Positions 56,209-64,000 of a stretch of 64,000 nucleotides of DNA are shown here, piece by piece. The notes below the pieces were generated by a model. It did no database searches and was not told where the DNA came from. It worked only from the letters and a program-made list of their open reading frames with translations. Source of the stretch: Octopus vulgaris (taxonomy: Eukaryota); NCBI GenBank assembly GCA_951406725.2, contig OX597826.1, forward strand, positions 62,124,001 to 62,188,000, in the 5' to 3' direction. The position numbers and the translations under genes were made by a program. The first letter of the stretch is position 1. Each line of letters begins with the position of its first letter.

Positions 56209-56298
56209 TCTTCTTCTTCTTCTTCTTCTTCTTCTTCTTCTTCTTCTTCTTCTTCTTCTGCTTCTTCTTCTTCTGCTTCTTCTGCTTCTCCTTCTTCT

Positions 56299-56330
<32 letters not shown>

Positions 56331-56484
56331 TTCTTCTTGTTCTTCTTCTTCCTCTTCTTCCTTCTCTTCTTCTTCTTCATCTTCTTCATCATCTTCTTCG
56401 TCGTCTTCTTCTTCTTCGTCTTCTTCTTCTTCTTCTTCTTCTACTTCGTCTTCTTCTTCTTCTTCTTCTTCTTCTTCTTCTTCT
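56209..56484. repeat. (TTC)n microsatellite
   Basis: Direct reading. Confidence 0.95.
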
Positions 56485-56658
56485 TTCCTTCCCTGCAACA
56501 TATGTGGTATATGCAAGAGGATCTATCAAGGACTGTGGGGTACTATGGCATTTGCACGGTAATTTCATTTGCAGGCTGTTCCGTTGACCGGATCAACTGG
56601 AACCTTCGTTGTCGTAACCGATGGTGTATCAGTATTCACCCCACCACGCACACACACG

Positions 56659-56692
<34 letters not shown>

Positions 56693-57019
56693 GATATATA
56701 TATATACAAATAGATAGATAGATAGACAGATAGATACCGTTTGTATCATTATATATCTTCTATATAACAAATATTGGTCTCTCTTTTTGAAACTATATAT
56801 TTCTGTTGTTTCAGTTTCTGGACCGCGACCATGCAAGGGCACAATCTTTGAAGGGTGTACTCGGATAACTAGATCATTGACCATATTTTGCTTCTATACC
56901 TGGTACTTATTGATCTTGTTATTTACCGCACCGGTAATTTACGGGGGCCTAAACAAGCCAATACCAGTTGGCATACAGTCTTTGAGGAACAAGAAAACAT
57001 AAATATATGCAATCATGCA

Positions 57020-57063
<44 letters not shown>

Positions 57064-57084
57064 CACACACACACACAGGCACAT

Positions 57085-57695
57085 AAGTGGCTCTGTGGTA
57101 CGAAGATTGCTTCCCAACCGCATGGTTCAGAGTTCAGTCCCACTGTGTGGCACTTTGGGCAAGTGTCTTCTGCTATAGCCCCGGGCCGACCAAAGCCTTG
57201 TGATTGCATTTAGTAAACAGAAACTGTAAGAAGCCCGTCGTGTAAATATATGATCGTGTGTGTGTGTTTATATGTGTGTGCGCTTGTCCCACATCACCAC
57301 TTGACAACCGCCAATGCTGGTGTGTTTACGTCCCCATAACCTAGTGGTTCGGCAAAGTATACTGATAGAATAAGTACCAGGCTTAAAGAGTATGTTCTGG
57401 AGTTGATTTATTCGACTAAAAATTGAAGCCGGTGCCCCAGCATGGTCACATTATAATGACTGAAATAGGTAAAGATAAAAATAAAGAAAAAAACAAAATA
57501 TATATACATGTGTGTATGTGCGTGTGTGTGTATGGGTGCGTATATATATAGTTGCGGGCGTGGCTGCGTGGTAAGAAGCTTGCTTCCCAACCACATCGTT
57601 CCGAGTTCGTCCACACTACGTGTCTTCTACTATAGTCTCGGGACGACCAAGTCCTCGTGAGCTGATTTGGTAGCCGGAAACTGAGAGAAGCTCGT

Positions 57696-57732
<37 letters not shown>

Positions 57733-57900
57733 GTTCGTGTGTGTGTTTATCCTGTCACCATCACGTGACAGCCGATTTTGGTGTGCTTGCGTCCCCGTAA
57801 CTTAACGGTTTGGCAAAAGAGACCGATAGAATAAGTACTGTGTTCAACGAAAGGCGGTGCCCCAGTATGGCAGCAGTCAAATGATTTAAACAAATAAAAG
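57085..57900 (+). mobile_element. Two tandem SINE family B copies
   Basis: Heads GTGGCTCTGTGGTACGAAG at ~57087 and GTGGCTGCGTGGTAAGAAG at ~57560. Confidence 0.8.
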
Positions 57901-57916
57901 AATATATGAATAAAAG

Positions 57917-57955
<39 letters not shown>

Positions 57956-58818
57956 GGATAGCTTTCCTCACAGTCTCCGTTCATCAAATTCACTAAAATG
58001 CATTGTACTTGTGTTCTTGTCGGCCTGTGGCTATTATATGTAAAGTTTGCAATGGAATATCAAGCCAACATCTTGGTACTTTGCTGGTGTTGCACAGAGC
58101 CCTGCGAAGTAATTTCCATGAAAAGTCAATCCTACCGATCAAATAACCACGCAATAGTACCTTCACTGTCTCTCAATATGGTGTATACTTTTATTATTTT
58201 TGGCTTAAGGCCAGCAATTTTGGGAGACCGAGACGCTTTCGATTTAGCTCCCTTGGCCAGTTATAAAAGTAAATGCATCAAGTCTGTTTGGAGTTAATTA
58301 TCTTGGCCATTTATAAACGACATATGGAAACGTTTTCCAGTTACCTACCTTGCCCATATTTAAAATTGCATAAATCAAACAAGACGCTTTCGTGTTCGCT
58401 CCCATAGTAATTTATGGACGTACAGACACAAAGATAGTTTTCTGTTAGGCACATTAGTTATTTATAAAAATATATAGACCAAGATACATTTGATTGCTAC
58501 CTTGGTTATATATAAAACTGTATACATCAAGACAGTTTTCAGTTAGCTTCTGCGATCATGTATAAAACACTGCACTACTAAAAGGCTAACGGCAACAGAA
58601 TCCTTTCTTACATGTTTGAAGCTTAATCAACTCTGCCTTGTGTACTTCTCAAATTTCTTTTTTCCTTTAAAGAAGTGCTATTTCTGATATTGTTATATTT
58701 ATTACTTTTTTTTTTTTTTTCGCTGTGGCATAGCTAAGATCTTTGAGGATGACATTTCAAGGAATATTTCTTTACTTATTTGTTTCTGTTTTGTTTATTT
58801 ATTTATTTATTTATTTAC

Positions 58819-58873
<55 letters not shown>

Positions 58874-59891
58874 TGCTCATTATCTCTGCTTGGTAATGAT
58901 TGCAAAATCTTCTCGAATCCACCAACGTGCATTTCTAAAGATTAATGAATATTAAACTTCATTGTTATTATAATTAACTGAAGAATTAGCAACAGAGAAG
59001 AGAAAGAAAGATAGAAAGATAGAAAGAAAGAAAGAAAGAAGGACAGAAAGAAAGACAGAAAGAAGGAAAGACGGCAAGATAGAAAGAAAGAAAAGGGATG
59101 GTTTAAGTAACCATTTGTTCGTTTGGTTTGCTAACCCACGACGTAACTATCTCTATCCCAAACCGTATCGTTCCTTTACTATCAATCTCACCAGCATTTA
59201 TTCTGAAATTCAAAAGCCTTTTCTCTTTTTTCATCCTGTAATCAAAGTTCAGTTTGTTTATTTATTTTTTCATCAGCTTCTTCCGGTTTAGATCCACTTT
59301 CATTATCGAGTGAAATGCCAAGAGACAAAGGAAATACTTTCGTTACTTTTTGTTTTAATGTTTTATATTTGAAACTTGTTTTTTTTTTGTGTGTGTGTTT
59401 GTCACCCGGCTCATTTCAAAGATTCCTATCTCGCTTCATTACTTGTGATATCTGGTTCCCTTTCTTCTGGATTATCCAAACTGATAACCATTTTCCTGCA
59501 TTAATCTATCACGTTTCTTAACAGACCCATTCATCATATCTTGAGTTTGAGACATCCCTCACCATGGCATTCGTTTTTTGTTTGCTTTCGTGATGTCATA
59601 ACTGGTCGGTTATATTTCACAATCGTCTTTCTTAACGCACGCCTACTCACTATTTTACTATGTGAAAATGGTACCGCCCTTTACTAGAAGTTACTCGTTC
59701 ACACACAATACATAATCTGCGCCATCATAGCGTACATAATAGTGCATATTCATTACTAACCCAGACAAGCCCTCAGATACAAGGGCGAAGAGAAAATTCG
59801 ATCTAAGTCCTTGAATAATACTTCATTACATTGCCTCTAGGAGGGTGGAGCGTAAAGCTGACTTTAAGACTCATTCTTTTTTCTCTCTGTA

Positions 59892-59992
<101 letters not shown>

Positions 59993-61497
59993 ATGCACGC
60001 ATACATCTTTGCAATGTAATGCTATTTATGTATATATGCTTGTGCGGAAAGCTGTTGGATTGCATTATATGCGTGTACATTTGAATGCATATAGTATGCA
60101 CATATGTGATGGTGTGTATATATTTGTGTGTGTATTTGTGTTTGTGTGTGCGTGCGCGCGCGCGCGCGTTCATTCCAGGAAACTTAAATATTGAACCTTT
60201 GAAATATTTAGAAAATCGTCACTGCATTACCAATCGATTTGGTTTTAAAGATGTGTTTCAGTTTACTTTCAACGTTCTTGAAAAGTTCCATTTCCGGAAT
60301 TTTTTTATATAAGAATGTTGTTACATAGCCCAGTTCCCCAATGATAATAGGTACAAATGAAATTCTATAGCCTGGATAGTGTAGCTGTTAAGTTTCGAAT
60401 TATTTCAGACGAGATAATAACATTCACTTGACAGCTGAACTCTACAACACTGTATTACTTTTGTTCTCTCTTTCCCATACAGCAAAATTACGCTTGTTTG
60501 TGTTTGCACTGCATGGATATTTTTATATAAATGTCTCTCTAGTGTTCCAGATTTTTTTAATGTCCAACTGCATTCTGATTAAAGTTTGATTTATGTATGT
60601 TCTTTTTAAAGGCTATCCTTCCACTGGATAGCAGTGAAAATAATTTTAGCAATATTGCTATATCTCATCGGAAATAGACAGCTACACACTTGGTGATGAT
60701 GGTGTGGGGAATAATTTCTCCACGGGTATGACACATTCAAAGTTCTCTGTGCCAAAGAGAGATTTTCAAGTTTATTTTATTTTTTTCAATTGATTAGTTA
60801 TTTAGTAGTTATCTGAATAGGGAAAAGGTATCGTTGTATCATTCTAGGAGAGATGTGATATATGTATTGCAACTTCATGATCGGCTACTCCTGCCGCCAA
60901 TTTTCTTAATATTCTCAAAATGTTGGATATAGATCTTTGCACAGCCTTTTGCTGCTATAATACTATTCCCTTGAAAGCAGGTCCATTCAGTTATCCTTGG
61001 TTCTAATGAATCAAATGTATACATAGAATAATATTCAAGAAATCTTCACCACTCAGGATGTTGTTATATAAAGATAAGTACAAATGTGGTTTTTAAAAGT
61101 ACCAAATACTAAATTTATGATTTTGTTTCAACATCATTGTTATTGTTTCTAGCATGTAACAAAATACGTTGATCTTCTGACTTTAGTTCTGTTACCCCAT
61201 CACTCTTCCTCTTTGTATATATATATATATATATACAAAGAGGAGGAAAATTCCATATGTGGCTGAAGAGTGCTCTACAGTTTAAAACTGATGTAATACT
61301 TACATTGTTTAATTAAATGAAGTAGCGTGAAACGATTGTACTACACTACCTTTGGATATCCTTGTTGCTTATTTTGATTATAATCACCTCATTTGATTTA
61401 TATGGATAATAGCATACCAAATTCTGGTGCCTTTAACTTAAGTACCATATTCATCTGAATCTAAATGTTTTCTGATGAACTTATATATATATACATA

Positions 61498-61557
<60 letters not shown>

Positions 61558-61649
61558 CGCATACATACATATGTATATATTATCATTATCATCATTATCA
61601 TCATCATCATTATCATCATCATCATTATCATCATCATCATCATTATCTA

Positions 61650-61845
61650 TTTTGTCCCCCCAGCATCGCTTTACAACCGATGCTGGTGTGTTTACTTCCC
61701 CGTAACCTAGCAGTTCGGCAAAAGAGGCCGATAGAATAAGTACTAAGGCTTACAAAGAATAAGTCCTGGGGTCGATTTGCTCGACTAAAGGCGGTGCTCC
61801 AGCATGGCGGCAGTCAAATGACTAAAACAAGTAAAAGAATAAAAA
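61650..61845 (+). mobile_element. SINE family B 3' half
   Basis: CAACCGATGCTGGTGTGTTTAC...GGCGGTGCTCCAGCATGG...CAAGTAAAAGAATAAAA. Confidence 0.8.
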
Positions 61846-62146
61846 GCATGAGTAACTATTAGCCAAGAATATTGCGTATAACAGCGTTCGATGTGCATCA
61901 TCGTAATTGCCAAAGCAAGAGATACGATAATAGCGTAACATGTGACGTTGATGTGCCCCACTTCCTTCCCCATGGGTGCATATAGCAAAGTCTTATAATA
62001 TAACTACAGGTCGAAATTAGTTCTGATTTTCGGTGTAAGCGTAACAACATCCTTTTCACAAAAACCTGTTGATCTCTACTAGGACTGGAAGTCAACGTCC
62101 GTGCATGCCGGTGACCGCAGGTTTCGAAATCGAATTGCAGCCATTA

Positions 62147-62187
<41 letters not shown>

Positions 62188-62475
62188 ATATATGTATGTA
62201 TATATATGTATATATATGCATATACTTATACATACATAGGCATTGAATGATGCACTTTATGTCATGCATAGAAGGAAATACTGTTATATCTGCTCAAAAA
62301 ATTACTCGATTTAATTACGTTTACAAAGAATATGCGTTGTTATTGCTAGATCATTACGGAATATCTAATTATAACAATACAATAATGTCATTTCATTCAC
62401 TTGAAGAAGACAATAATGGAAATTGCTTTAAACACAAACACACTCATACGCGCTCACACACACATACACACACAG

Positions 62476-62510
<35 letters not shown>

Positions 62511-63774
62511 CATATATATAGACATATAGTCTATCAAAGCAATAGCAAAGACACAGATCCTCCAGTGTGGTGTTAGTTGCGATGGCTAAAACTAGATTAC
62601 AAAGCAATATTTATTTCTATTTTGTTTTAAAGAGGGCCATTAAAAAACGACTTCTTTTTATAGAAAATATAAAAAAAAGAATACCCAGAAACTTTAGTCC
62701 ATTTAGTAAACATAAAATATAAAACGAGAAGAACATAATGTAAAATTGGAAGAATACAAACGAACAACTTGGACAATGTTTCTTTGTGTGTGGAAATGGT
62801 GTTTCATAATAAATCATTTATTTGAAAAGATTTAGAATTAAATCAATCACTCCAATGCAAATGATTAACGGCTAAAAAATAAATAAAATAGCGTTGCTGA
62901 CTATCTCTTAGTTGAGATTAAAGAAACCACTAAATCATTTAATATTCATATTGTGCTGGAAAAAAAAAACAGAAACACACACACAATTATTAAAAAAACC
63001 AGCACCATTGCAACGTTTTTGTCTCCATTATTTCGAAGACTTAGAAATATTTTATGGGCGACCAGTAGTCGATTGAATTAAACCACTCCCATTTCCCAAA
63101 ACATGGTTACTGCTTATTCAAATGATCTGCGTTGAAAAAAAAAATATCCGACACTAATAACATTCGAACTCACAAACTATGTGTAAAGAAACAAATACGT
63201 TGTTACATTTAGTTAAGTGATCTATTGTGTCTGGCACAAGTTAACAAAACTGAGGCTATATACTTATACGGCACGGTAGAAATATCAGCCTAATCTCCTT
63301 TATATAATATGCCAACGTATTCCACACATTAAATACTGTATGCTTACAAAAAATAATCACAGCTGAATTGCCTTCAATCATAGGTTTGTTCGATTAGAGC
63401 AAGCCTACAGCTAAAAAAATTAATAGAAAATAATTATATCTGTCAATATAGAAATCAATAATTGCATTAATAAAAATGTCTAAACCATGTCTTTTAGGGA
63501 GTGAGACAGTAAATTAGATCAGTGATATATTCTACGGGAAGTGACAGTCTACTAAAATATGTGGCTAACATAGTATAGGGGAGGCAACATTGTTATATCA
63601 ACCATATGTTTTATGGAGAGAAGAAAGTCTCTTACATATATTTTAGTATAGGGAAACAATTTGTAATATCAGCAATATGTATTTTCGGGGCGTGGGGAGG
63701 GATATGTTATATCACCCACATATTTTTGAAAGAGGCGATCAGTCAGGTGTTAGATAAACTCTTGTATTTTATTG

Positions 63775-64000
63775 GTTTCTAATTTTGGCACAAGGCCTGA
63801 GATTTTGAGGGGAGGGGGTAAGTGGATTGCATCGACTCCAGTGCACAACTGGTACTCATTTTGCCGAACCCGAAAGGCAAAAATCGACTTCAGTGGAATT
63901 TGAACTCAGAACATAGAGACAGACAAAATACCTATTTCTTTACTACCCACAAGAGTCTAAACACAGAGGACAAACAAGGACAGACAAACAGATTAAGTCG
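63775..64000 (-). mobile_element. SINE family C, tandem form, truncated by the window end
   Basis: Reverse complement of the 184-bp unit plus the 3' tail. Confidence 0.75.

Overview
AT-rich, microsatellite-saturated eukaryotic DNA. The repeat content resembles an Octopus (coleoid cephalopod) genome; the species is inferred. Almost all listed ORFs are microsatellite artefacts. The only host exon I can support is a 171-bp, phase-0/phase-0 exon on the minus strand (26476-26646) encoding part of the Venus-flytrap domain of a GABA-B-receptor-like class C GPCR, so much of the window is probably giant intron. The remainder is decayed transposable elements: Tc1 and mariner DNA transposons, R4/Dong-type RLE non-LTR elements in (TAA)n tracts, a CR1-like LINE, and at least three tRNA-derived SINE families. 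The most interesting signal is about 12 short elements next to (TA)n tracts that each carry a minimal type I hammerhead ribozyme motif of the kind known from Penelope-like element pseudo-LTRs and retrozymes. Several have apparently intact or co-varied catalytic cores, and two lie inside long fold-back inverted repeats. All ribozyme calls are hand-folded and untested.
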